From NCBI GenBank assembly GCA_007375725.1, contig VMEV01000001.1, positions 15,503 through 79,502 on the forward strand: a stretch of 64,000 bases of DNA. Direction: 5' to 3'. The notes below the pieces were generated by a model, which worked only from the letters and a program-made list of their open reading frames with translations, had not been told where the DNA came from and did not search any database. Within the stretch, counting starts at the first letter, position 1. Every line of letters starts with the position of its first letter. This DNA is from Parcubacteria group bacterium Greene0416_36. GTDB taxonomy: Bacteria; Patescibacteriota; Patescibacteriia; VMEV01. Both the position numbers and the translations under genes were made by a program. Below are positions 55,343 through 64,000 of this stretch, in pieces.

Positions 55343-57412
55343 TTAAAATTTTATGACTTGTCCGGGCCGGATCGACTCTGATTTTGGAAGAGGCTGCTCT
55401 GCTATTTTAGGCAGGCTGATAGCGGCCTCTTTATTCTTGAGAGCCGTGCCCAAGGCCTCTTTCAGGCTGATCGGAGCGGGCGTCTGTACGAGCACTGGAG
55501 AGCCCGCTCGAATCGGACTCCTAGGAGGAGGGGTGAAGACTGGCCGAGCAGGCACTGGGACAATAGGCTTGAGAGCCATCGGGAGCTTTGGCGCGAGCAT
55601 GGAAGGCGTAACAAGCCGAGGCAAAGCAGGGGGTGCCTGCTGAGGCTTAGGGACCAGAGTGGCGATAGGAGAAGGAGATACTGCCGGACGCCGAGGCGGA
55701 ACTATAGGCGCAGAGGCTAGTTTGGGATAGACAGGCGACGAGACGGGTTTAGCTGCAAGCGGATATTTCACCGGCGGTATTGCCGGAGCGACTGCTCTGG
55801 AAGGAACTGACGGCAGAACCGGAGGCTTTGGGGGAGCGAGGACAGGCGCCACTGGCGGTTCCGAGGCGATAGAGGGGACATCGGTGGCAACGACAGGCAC
55901 AGCCGGGGCTGGAGGCGGAGTGGGAGCTGGAGGCATCGGAACCGCAGCCCATGGAGGAGGCGTAGTGGGTGGCTTAATCATTCCCTGACGGTAGAGCTTG
56001 AGACAGTCCTTGCAGTAGGTGGGACGCACACCGTCTGGCGTAAAATTCACGCGGGTGTCTTTTTGACAATTCCAGCATTTGGCGATAATCGCATTGGGGT
56101 CCACCGGCCCTTCCGAAAAACTAGAAGATTCGTCGTCTTTGGCTTCAGCCCAGCGCCGAATTTTGTCTTCCACGATCTGCCGAGGCTTCGCATAGCGCTC
56201 GCGGGAGACGCGGATGATTTTCTCGACATTATTCGTAATAAATTCCTTAGGAATGGGCGGCAGGCCATGAGCAGAAAAGGGATCTGAGGCCACGCCGTCG
56301 ATCATGAGCTTGATATAAAAACTCCATTTAGCGAGATTCACCAAATCCTGCTGCATGAAAATAGGCTCAAATTCTTTTTCGAGAAATTCTGCATCAGCCG
56401 CCCCTACTCGCATGGTGATAAGGCTTCCTACATTGCCAAATACAGCGTCGCGAACTTTTTCATCCAGCTGGGTGATATACTGATGAGCCATGATGAGACA
56501 TAGATGATATTTGCGGGCTTCAGACAAAATATCGGCAAAACTCTCAGTGGCGAAATTCTGAAACTCATCAACATAGAGATAAAAATCTTTGCGGTCTGTC
56601 TCGGCCATATCCACGCGGCTCATGGCGGCGAGAGTGATCTTCGTAATCATCATGGCGCCCAACATGGCGGAATTATCTTCTCCGACTTTTCCCTTGGACA
56701 AGTTCATCAGAAGAATTTTGCTTGAATCCATGGCCTCTCTCATGTCGAAAGAAGATTTGATCTGGCCGATGCTGTTGCGAATAAGAGTGACCGACAAAAA
56801 CTGTCCCACCTTGTTCTGAATGGGGGAAATGGCTTCGGTCGCGAATTTATCGGTATATTTGGCGAATTCATCAGTCCAGAAGGCTTTGACCACGGGATCT
56901 TGAATTTTGGCCACGACTTTTTTCCGGTATTCCTTGTCTGAAAGCATGCGGACCACGCCCAGCAAAGTGCTTTCCGGATAGTCCAAAAGAGCCAAAATAG
57001 CATTACGGAGCAAATATTCCAAGCGAGGTCCCCATGAATCGGCCCATATTTTCTTGAAAACGCCAATGATCCCTGACGCAATCAAATGGCGGCGGCTAGG
57101 ATCCACTTTTTCAAGCACATTAAAAGCAATGGGGTGATCAATATCCGAAGGATTAAAATAAATCACGTCATTGATGCGGTTGCTGGGGATATAGTTGATC
57201 ACCTTCTCAACAAGTTCACCATGAGGATCAATGAGGGCGAGTCCCTTGCCATTGATAATATCCTGGATGATCATATTCTCCAGAATCGTTGATTTGCCCA
57301 TGCCTGTTTTGCCCAATAAATACATGTGCCTCCGACGATCATCGATTTTGATACCAAATTTTTTTTTGGTATTGCGAAAATTAGTAACCCCCAAAAGGGC
57401 GATCTCGGACAT
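55343..57412 (-). CDS. VirD4/TraD/HerA-like P-loop ATPase with CxxC-x17-CxxC zinc domain and Pro-rich tail
   Basis: GKTGMGKST, IDPHG, YVDEFQNF, SEARKY, AHQY; CWNC...YCKDC. Confidence 0.88.
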   Translation of the reverse strand: MSEIALLGVTNFRNTKKKFGIKIDDRRRHMYLLGKTGMGKSTILENMIIQDIINGKGLALIDPHGELVEKVINYIPSNRINDVIYFNPSDIDHPIAFNVLEKVDPSRRHLIASGIIGVFKKIWADSWGPRLEYLLRNAILALLDYPESTLLGVVRMLSDKEYRKKVVAKIQDPVVKAFWTDEFAKYTDKFATEAISPIQNKVGQFLSVTLIRNSIGQIKSSFDMREAMDSSKILLMNLSKGKVGEDNSAMLGAMMITKITLAAMSRVDMAETDRKDFYLYVDEFQNFATESFADILSEARKYHLCLIMAHQYITQLDEKVRDAVFGNVGSLITMRVGAADAEFLEKEFEPIFMQQDLVNLAKWSFYIKLMIDGVASDPFSAHGLPPIPKEFITNNVEKIIRVSRERYAKPRQIVEDKIRRWAEAKDDESSSFSEGPVDPNAIIAKCWNCQKDTRVNFTPDGVRPTYCKDCLKLYRQGMIKPPTTPPPWAAVPMPPAPTPPPAPAVPVVATDVPSIASEPPVAPVLAPPKPPVLPSVPSRAVAPAIPPVKYPLAAKPVSSPVYPKLASAPIVPPRRPAVSPSPIATLVPKPQQAPPALPRLVTPSMLAPKLPMALKPIVPVPARPVFTPPPRSPIRAGSPVLVQTPAPISLKEALGTALKNKEAAISLPKIAEQPLPKSESIRPGQVIKF

Positions 57413-57443
57413 AATTATAAAAGATAAAAAATAGAGAACCAAA

Positions 57444-58994
57444 TTAGGCAATCGGCAAATTGGCCGGCGGCTCGGCTTTTTTCGCTTCGTCTTCGGCGGG
57501 CTCGAGCAATTCTGGAACTTCGGAATCCAGCGAAAAATAATCTTCCATCTCGCGAATCTGGGTTTCGTCCGAAGCTATTTTGCTGGCGGCAGCAGACTTC
57601 CTCTCCGCTTCGGTAGGCTTGATCATCATCCCTGGAATGATTTCTTCTCCCACATGTATCGGGAGCCCGAGTGGAGGCTCAGATTTCTTGGTCACTGTGC
57701 GTTTAAGGAGAGGCGCTTTGACGGAAATATCTGGGAAATGAAAAATCGTAGCCAGCTCCTCGGTATTGAGGATAAAAGGAGTGCTGCCCGTAGACCAGGA
57801 ACGGGCGCGATAGGCCTTCATGAATTTTCTCTGGCGGGCTGCCACTCTCGTTTTTTTGAAAAAATACTGCACCTTGGTAGCCACGCGCTTATCAGGCTTA
57901 AAAGCATTCAAATTGAGAGTATTATACTGCCGAATAGCTCCCAAGACCGCGGCAACCCCTCGGATTTTGGAAAAAACTTCGCGGCGCGCGATATAGAGGA
58001 TCCGAAGTTTGACATCAAAACCAATTTTCGTCATCTTTTTTTCCATCTGCTTCAATTGTTCTTTGCCTCCGGGAGTCAACTCGGAAATTTTCATCCCATC
58101 CACCGACTTGGCGGCATGAGCATCCTCTTCTGCGGCAAAGCTGATATCGAAAATAGAAAGAATCCCCTCTAGAATAAAAACAATAACATTAAAAGGAGCC
58201 ATGATGACCTGAAAAAGAAATCCAGAATGGGCATGGGGAGTTTTTTTGAGAAAAACATCGATTTCTTCCTTACACTTTTCCTTCCAATCATCACCAGGGT
58301 GCGGAGTGACTAGGAGTTGAATCCAAATCTGCTCGCCAATCTGAAGACGGCTCATGCTCTCAAGGAGGGATGCCATCGGATCTTTGAGTGCCTGCGAAAG
58401 CGCGTGCTCGAACTCCTCATAAGTACGGATCGGGTATACGGCATGCTTGGCTGTGATCAGCTCGGTGCCAAACATCTCATACTCGCTGTCGGGAAAAGTA
58501 ACGGGAGCGGCCTTGGTATAATCTTCCACTTCCGTGATTTCAAGGGTCGGGTATTGAGCATAAAATACGGACTCCACCAGATCTTTGATCTTCTCATTGC
58601 AGTGAATCAAAAATTGAACATAACCGTCGATGCTGACGATTTCAAAACTGATTTTTTCTTGGACTTCCCCCTTCCAATATTTTTCCACGAAATTGTTCGG
58701 ACTGGCCAGCGCGGAGAGGGTGGAGAAAATATTCTCAACCGCTTTTGGCGACTGCTCATTGTCTCGGGGAACGTCAATGGCAAGGACGACGAAATGACGA
58801 TGCTCGCAATACTGTTCTTCCACGTGATAAAGCCACAGTTCTTTGAGAAGATAAAAGCAAGGAAAAAAGTAAACTAGCCATCCTCCAGAACGGAATATTT
58901 CAATAAACAAAGCAGGGAAAGATAAATTTCCCCACAAAGTTATGAGATTATCGACAATCTCAAACAAAGAAAAATCTAAAAAAGTTTCCCACAT
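57444..58994 (-). CDS. Conserved membrane protein, partner of the VirD4-like ATPase
   Basis: SFEIVS, YAQYP, YPIRTYEEF, WIQLL, ILNTEELATIFHFP. Confidence 0.75.
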   Translation of the reverse strand: MWETFLDFSLFEIVDNLITLWGNLSFPALFIEIFRSGGWLVYFFPCFYLLKELWLYHVEEQYCEHRHFVVLAIDVPRDNEQSPKAVENIFSTLSALASPNNFVEKYWKGEVQEKISFEIVSIDGYVQFLIHCNEKIKDLVESVFYAQYPTLEITEVEDYTKAAPVTFPDSEYEMFGTELITAKHAVYPIRTYEEFEHALSQALKDPMASLLESMSRLQIGEQIWIQLLVTPHPGDDWKEKCKEEIDVFLKKTPHAHSGFLFQVIMAPFNVIVFILEGILSIFDISFAAEEDAHAAKSVDGMKISELTPGGKEQLKQMEKKMTKIGFDVKLRILYIARREVFSKIRGVAAVLGAIRQYNTLNLNAFKPDKRVATKVQYFFKKTRVAARQRKFMKAYRARSWSTGSTPFILNTEELATIFHFPDISVKAPLLKRTVTKKSEPPLGLPIHVGEEIIPGMMIKPTEAERKSAAASKIASDETQIREMEDYFSLDSEVPELLEPAEDEAKKAEPPANLPIA

Positions 58995-59069
58995 AAATGG
59001 CGAATATCCTCCAAAACTATTATAAAGGAAAAGAGAAATCCTGTCTTCTGCTAAGTGGGCCTGATTATT

Positions 59070-60143
59070 TTATTTTTTGGCCAAAGAATAGCGCTTATCG
59101 TTCAGTTTAGCGAAGCGATCTTTATTCATGAGGGCAAGGTGAATGGTGCTTTTTCCAACCAGACGCTGCTCGAGAACACGATCCACTATCTCCTCGCGGC
59201 TCATAGCACCGGATTCGCTAAGAATCTCGCAGATCACATCAGAGACAACACCGGGTTTGTAGCCCCATTCGCGGAGAGCATAAATGCCTCGGCCTACCAA
59301 TACGTATTTATCATCCAGAATCAATTCGTTGTGGATGGTGGCCGGATAAGCGACTTTGTGATCGAATTTGATTTCATTGATGCGCTTGGCGATTTCTCCG
59401 AAGTGGAGAGGCTTCTGTATCTGGCGGAGCACGAGATAAATCTTATCGTTCATGCGTTTCGGCCGAATCGTGCTCCAGTCGGAAAGCCCCCAATGTCCGA
59501 AAATATTGGCTCCGATATTGCGAGCCAATCTCAAATGAGACCGAAATACACTCCGATCGCGAAGCAAATCATCTTCCTCCGATGTTTTGTGGTATTCGGT
59601 AAAAAGCACATCTTCTTCCAAAGTATCTTTCTTAGATTTGATAATCTCTTCCATCTTCTCCAGCCGGCATAAAATATCATCCGTCTGGCATTCCTTAAGC
59701 TTCCAAGAATTACGAATCTGGTCATGCTTGGAGAGAGACTCCACATCAGAATCTAACAATTTCTCCAACGTGAAGGTGAAGAAGCCATGATTATCGCTGT
59801 CCAGCATCTCTCCCAAATGAGAAAGCAAATGTCCGGACTCCATCATCCCTCCATGAGCACGAACCAAGGATACGATGATTTCTCGAAAGGCATCAACAGC
59901 TCCTTTGAAATCATTTGTCTGCTTGATCTTTTTGATCGAGACACTCTCTATCTGGCGGACGCGCTCACGGGTAACGCCAAAATCCTGGCCGATTTCTTCC
60001 AAAGTATGTTCAGTCTCCTGGCTGATGCCATATCGGCGAGACAGCACTTCTCTTTCCCGTTCCGTTAAGGACGAGAAAACAGATTCCACCACTCTATTGA
60101 TATCTAATTTGGATACTTGATTGTCTTTATTCTCTCTTGGCAT
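59070..60143 (-). CDS. Sigma-70 region 4 HTH plus HARE-HTH protein
   Basis: LTEREREVLSRRYG..TLEEIG...VTRERVRQIE; PLHF.EI, TIHNELI, VLVGRGIYAL.EWGY. Confidence 0.85.
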   Translation of the reverse strand: MPRENKDNQVSKLDINRVVESVFSSLTEREREVLSRRYGISQETEHTLEEIGQDFGVTRERVRQIESVSIKKIKQTNDFKGAVDAFREIIVSLVRAHGGMMESGHLLSHLGEMLDSDNHGFFTFTLEKLLDSDVESLSKHDQIRNSWKLKECQTDDILCRLEKMEEIIKSKKDTLEEDVLFTEYHKTSEEDDLLRDRSVFRSHLRLARNIGANIFGHWGLSDWSTIRPKRMNDKIYLVLRQIQKPLHFGEIAKRINEIKFDHKVAYPATIHNELILDDKYVLVGRGIYALREWGYKPGVVSDVICEILSESGAMSREEIVDRVLEQRLVGKSTIHLALMNKDRFAKLNDKRYSLAKK

Positions 60144-60279
60144 ACGATTTGGAAAAATCTTGCCGCATGAGTCAAATGCGGCATCTCTTAAAATTTAATT
60201 GAGCTTCTAATCTCAATTCAAAAAGTAACAGAAAAGGCATTCATCCGTCAAGTACACTTCGTGTGTAAAAAACAGTATT

Positions 60280-61338
60280 TTAATTCTTCGAATCATGGAG
60301 ATACCAAGTCACCAAGAGGGGGCTTGCCAAGAAAATAGAGGAATAAGTTCCGGCGACAATACCTACAATGAGAGCCAAAACAAAGTCTCGGATGGATTCT
60401 CCTCCCAAGAAATAAACCGAGAGCAAAACCAAAACCGTGGTCAGGGATGTATTGATTGAACGCATCAAAGTTTCATTGACGGAAAAATTCACGAGTTCGG
60501 GGAAGGGCGTTTTCATCTTGGACAAATTTTCTCGGACACGATCAAATACCACAATTTTGTCGTGGATGGAAAAACCTAAGACCGTGAGCATGGCGGCCAC
60601 TATGGTGGTGCTAACTTCCAATCCATAATAATGACCCATGATCACATAAAGCCCTAAAGGCAAAGAAAGATCGTGGAGTAGAGTCACCAAGGAAATCGCG
60701 CCATATTTCCAAGAAGCCACAGGCCATGACGCCTTGCGGAAGGCAAAAGTAATATAACAGCCGATGCCCACAAGCCCCAATAAGATGGCATAAAAGGAGC
60801 GCGTGCGAAGCTCATCGCCGATCACAGGACCAATGGAAGAGAAACGCTTTTCGGAAAGCTGATTTAACTTATATTCTTCGGGGACACCGGAAGAGTCGAG
60901 GGCCACTTGGGAAGAAAAATCCTGCCCATCGATCTCTACCTTGGCTCCGGGAGCTAACTCCACCTTGGCATTGGGATCACCTCCCGAAGGAGTGATGGAA
61001 AATCCTCCGGAACTGGGGAGCGCCGCGGGAGCAAATCCTTCCCGAAGCTGCCGGAGAATTTTTTGATGCGTGTCTTCAGAAATTTCTTTGGTGCGAATAA
61101 TATACCCCTTTTCTCCCGCAGGCTGGATATCAATTTTGCCCAAATTCAGGGACTCCAAGCGAGAGACCAGGCTCACGGAATCCGGACGGGCGGCCGAAAA
61201 TTCCACCTCCATGAGAGCGCCTCCCGTGAAATCAATACCGTAGCGAAGTCCCACCGTGAAAAACAAAACCCAGCAGGCCAGAGAAATCGCCCCAAAAATG
61301 ACATAATAATATTTACGAGTTCCAATGATATTGATCAT
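60280..61338 (-). CDS. secF: Protein translocase subunit SecF
   Basis: GIDFTGG, IGPVIG.EL, HD, IVVFDRVREN, RSINTS, GTYSSIFLA. Confidence 0.96.
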   Translation of the reverse strand: MINIIGTRKYYYVIFGAISLACWVLFFTVGLRYGIDFTGGALMEVEFSAARPDSVSLVSRLESLNLGKIDIQPAGEKGYIIRTKEISEDTHQKILRQLREGFAPAALPSSGGFSITPSGGDPNAKVELAPGAKVEIDGQDFSSQVALDSSGVPEEYKLNQLSEKRFSSIGPVIGDELRTRSFYAILLGLVGIGCYITFAFRKASWPVASWKYGAISLVTLLHDLSLPLGLYVIMGHYYGLEVSTTIVAAMLTVLGFSIHDKIVVFDRVRENLSKMKTPFPELVNFSVNETLMRSINTSLTTVLVLLSVYFLGGESIRDFVLALIVGIVAGTYSSIFLASPLLVTWYLHDSKN

Positions 61339-61342
61339 AAAA

Positions 61343-63388
61343 TTATTTGCGACGTGAACCTAAGAATAAAAAGGGACGTTTCTCCACGGCGGAAACAGCT
61401 AAGGAACGGAGAATAAAACGGGTGACCGTAATGGCCGTGAACATGCTCACGAGCACGCCGATCATTAAAGTGATGGCAAATCCTTTGATCAGTCCCGTTC
61501 CCATCCAGATCAAAATCACGCAAGTGAGGATAGAGGAAAAGTTGCTGTCTCGGATCGAAAACCAAGCTCGAGAAAAGGCTATGTCCATAGCGGAACGGAG
61601 TCCTCGGCCAGAGCGAAGTTCTTCTTTAAGCCGCTCGTAGATCAAAATATTGGCGTCTACTGCCATGCCAATGGACAAGACAAAACCGGCGATTCCAGAA
61701 AGGGTCAGTGTCACTCCAACCCATTTGAATACAGCCAAGGTCAAAATAGTATAGACAATCAATGCCAGTGAAGCCACGAGTCCAGCCAGGCGATAGTAAA
61801 GAACCATGAAAACGCAGACAATGATCAATCCTACCATGCCGGCAAATACACTTTTATTGACCGAGTCTTGTCCGAGCGATGCTCCAATAGTCTGCTGGGT
61901 AAGCAAGGTCACGGGCACGGGCAAGGCCCCTGAATTGAGGCGGGAAACCAGCTCCTTGGCCTCGGCAATGGAAAAGTTTCCGCTGATCACGGCGCTGCCG
62001 TCAATGATCGGCTCATTGACGCGAGGCGTGCTGATCGGCGATCCATCCAAGAAAATGGCGATGGATTTGCCGATATTTCGTTTAGTGAGTTCCTTGAACA
62101 AATCGCGGCCTTCCGAATCAAACACAATGCCCACTTGAGGCGCGCCGGTGCGAGTATCAAACTCGAGCGTGGCTTTGGAAAGCTGAGCCCCCGAAAGACC
62201 CGTATTCTTCCAAGGGTCAGCAGGACCCAAAACTTGGTCGCGCGTCTTCTTGGGAATCATGATGCGTCCCAGCTCATATTCCGTCACTTTTTTCTCCGAT
62301 TTTTTGTAAATCAAATGATATCCGAATACAGTTTCAACCACTTCGGAAATCTGGCCATTTTTCATAGAGAATAAAGGACCTTCAAATTCGGGAACCAGCT
62401 TGCCCTTTCTCATGAAGCCGAGATAGCCGGCAGAGTTGGCGGCTCCGGGTTCCGTCGAATTATCCTTGACCAATTGTTCAAAATTGGCGGCGGTGGCCTG
62501 CTTTTTGAGTTCATCAATCTTGGCTTTCGCTTCTTCTTTTGTAAATTCTTTATCGCAACTCTCGGCGCCTTTGTAGCAAATCAAAATATGATTGGATTCC
62601 GCGGCCACGGCATCACGCTTGGAAATAAGTTTCAACACATTATATTCCGTGTCCAGATCCACGACATTGCGAGAAACTTCCCCACTCAACTTAAATTTAC
62701 CTACGGGACCTTGAAATTCCGCGGCTAAATCTTCTAAGGCGAAAAATCCCCATAGACCGCCTTGAGCTTTGGAACTTTCATCCGAACTGTAGACTGGGAC
62801 CAAATCTTCAAATTTCTTGCCTTTATTCAATTCGACAAAAAAATCATCGAGCTTTTTCTTGGCTGCGTCATTAAAATTTTTGAGTTCCTTTTCCTGCCGA
62901 GAAGAGAGAGTGCGGTTTTCCGCCGCTTCCCCTTCTTCCTTGAATTCCAAAAGCGGAGTCTGGCCAATCAAATCAATGGCCTGTTTGACATCCTTGACTC
63001 CGGCCAACTGCACCACCAAACGGTCGGCGCCGCTGACCTGTACCAGAGGTTCGGACACACCCAAAGAATTCACGCGCTTTTCAATAATATCGCGCACTCC
63101 GGACATAGCCTCGGAGCGGCTTTCATCTGGAATCAAAGACAGATCCGCCTGATACATCAAATCCGTTCCGCCCAAGAGGTCCAAGCCTTCTTTGAAGGGG
63201 ACGCTCTTCCACGCGGGAAGAGTAATTCCAGTTCGATCCTTGATCCATCCGGACGTGGCTTCATAGCTTCCGGGATAGACGAAAAAGAAAAGACAAAAAG
63301 AAAGCAAAAAAACAGCCAAGACAATGCGTCGGGCTCGCCCTACTTCCCCTTTGCCCGCAAATATAAAACGAGAAATATTTCCTTGCAC
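61343..63388 (-). CDS. secD: Protein translocase subunit SecD with inserted parvulin (PpiC) domains
   Basis: GLDLLGG, RVNSLGVSEP, L.SGALP, IGMAVDAN; FEDL...YSSD......GG.WG and HILI..F..L....S.....AGYLG...VETVFGYHLI. Confidence 0.95.
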   Translation of the reverse strand: MQGNISRFIFAGKGEVGRARRIVLAVFLLSFCLFFFVYPGSYEATSGWIKDRTGITLPAWKSVPFKEGLDLLGGTDLMYQADLSLIPDESRSEAMSGVRDIIEKRVNSLGVSEPLVQVSGADRLVVQLAGVKDVKQAIDLIGQTPLLEFKEEGEAAENRTLSSRQEKELKNFNDAAKKKLDDFFVELNKGKKFEDLVPVYSSDESSKAQGGLWGFFALEDLAAEFQGPVGKFKLSGEVSRNVVDLDTEYNVLKLISKRDAVAAESNHILICYKGAESCDKEFTKEEAKAKIDELKKQATAANFEQLVKDNSTEPGAANSAGYLGFMRKGKLVPEFEGPLFSMKNGQISEVVETVFGYHLIYKKSEKKVTEYELGRIMIPKKTRDQVLGPADPWKNTGLSGAQLSKATLEFDTRTGAPQVGIVFDSEGRDLFKELTKRNIGKSIAIFLDGSPISTPRVNEPIIDGSAVISGNFSIAEAKELVSRLNSGALPVPVTLLTQQTIGASLGQDSVNKSVFAGMVGLIIVCVFMVLYYRLAGLVASLALIVYTILTLAVFKWVGVTLTLSGIAGFVLSIGMAVDANILIYERLKEELRSGRGLRSAMDIAFSRAWFSIRDSNFSSILTCVILIWMGTGLIKGFAITLMIGVLVSMFTAITVTRFILRSLAVSAVEKRPFLFLGSRRK

Positions 63389-63448
63389 AAAGTGAATTTT
63401 AAGAATAAAAAATCGCTATTATTATAACAATTTTGACTTGAACGTCAA

Positions 63449-63502
63449 CCCCGCTTCGCTGCCATCGCTGCGCTCATGGGCGAGCTACGCGGGGCACGCC
63501 CC
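63449..63502. repeat. CCCCGCTTCGC...GCTACGCGGGGCA palindromic element
   Basis: Same ends as 15937-15974 with a longer centre. Confidence 0.7.
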
Positions 63503-63582
63503 ACTTCTGGGGAGGGGAAAAAAGAAGAGGTTTTAAGGGTTTTTTATGTAGAAATCGTTAAAAATACGCAACTAAATAGAGT

Positions 63583-64000
63583 CTATTTTTTCAATAAATC
63601 ACTTAGATTTTCTTTCTCTGCCACAGCAAAATCATCAAATCCAATTGCTTCAAAATGTTTTTCGGCGCATTTGATTTTTTGCTTTTCAATATCTGAAAGT
63701 TGTCGGTCTAAATTTCTATAACCAAATTTCGTTTCGCGGACTAAATATAATCGCTCTTGCCCGACACTATTAGGGTTTGGATTCCAGACAATTGCCCAAT
63801 CAGGAATATATTCTCCCCAAGGGGTCGACACTTTAAAATTTCGTGGCAATTTTGCGTATACTTTAATGCTCGAACTATTTTCTAGACTTCTGATGAAATT
63901 CAATTCCCCATGGCTATCAAAAGCCGTGTGATCATATACTCCTTTTTTGGCAGACAAAACCTTACTAGAGAATGATTCAAATTCATCAAAAACGCTCACA
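63583..64000 (-). CDS. Type III restriction endonuclease (Res) C-terminus, 5' part outside window
   Basis: FDS..E..F, VYAKLP..F.V.TP.G.Y.PDWAI, LYLVRETK, E.QKIKCA.KHF. Confidence 0.85.
   Translation of the reverse strand, partial: VSVFDEFESFSSKVLSAKKGVYDHTAFDSHGELNFIRSLENSSSIKVYAKLPRNFKVSTPWGEYIPDWAIVWNPNPNSVGQERLYLVRETKFGYRNLDRQLSDIEKQKIKCAEKHFEAIGFDDFAVAEKENLSDLLKK

Noticed and set aside
55343-58994. Integrated conjugative element
   Set aside because: No integrase, relaxase, VirB genes or att sites; flanked by housekeeping genes
1-64000. UGA recoding (code 25, as in Gracilibacteria)
   Set aside because: Conserved genes translate full-length under code 11, and TGA ends genes such as the tsaC-tsaE fusion

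Overview
A 64-kb chromosomal segment, most likely from a Patescibacteria (CPR, Parcubacteria-like) bacterium using genetic code 11; the taxonomy is inferred from gene content and divergence. It is mostly minus-strand housekeeping: rseP/frr, holB, tsaD plus a tsaC-tsaE fusion, uvrC, a split dcw cluster, a MacAB-type ABC exporter, the hrcA-translin-grpE-hsp20-dnaK-dnaJ heat-shock operon with CIRCE, gap, rpsB-tsf, secDF and two tRNAs. The most interesting signals lie outside the ORF track. (1) Two diverged copies of a ~300-bp module in the dcw cluster each encode the same 24-aa hydrophobic peptide (only synonymous differences) opposite a promoter- and terminator-bounded antisense RNA, a candidate type I toxin-antitoxin family. 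(2) A ~710-nt hairpin-dense transcript unit without a credible ORF lies convergent with tRNA-Glu, contains a tandem ~160-nt domain with compensatory base changes, and is preceded by a ~120-nt sRNA. (3) A ~245-nt switchable leader RNA lies upstream of a NUDIX gene. (4) Several families of tiny palindromic repeats are inserted in-frame inside tsaD, tsaE, uvrC, murC and a glycosyltransferase. (5) MurB and MurF are intact ORFs with degenerate catalytic motifs. All calls were made by eye; no database search or folding program was run.
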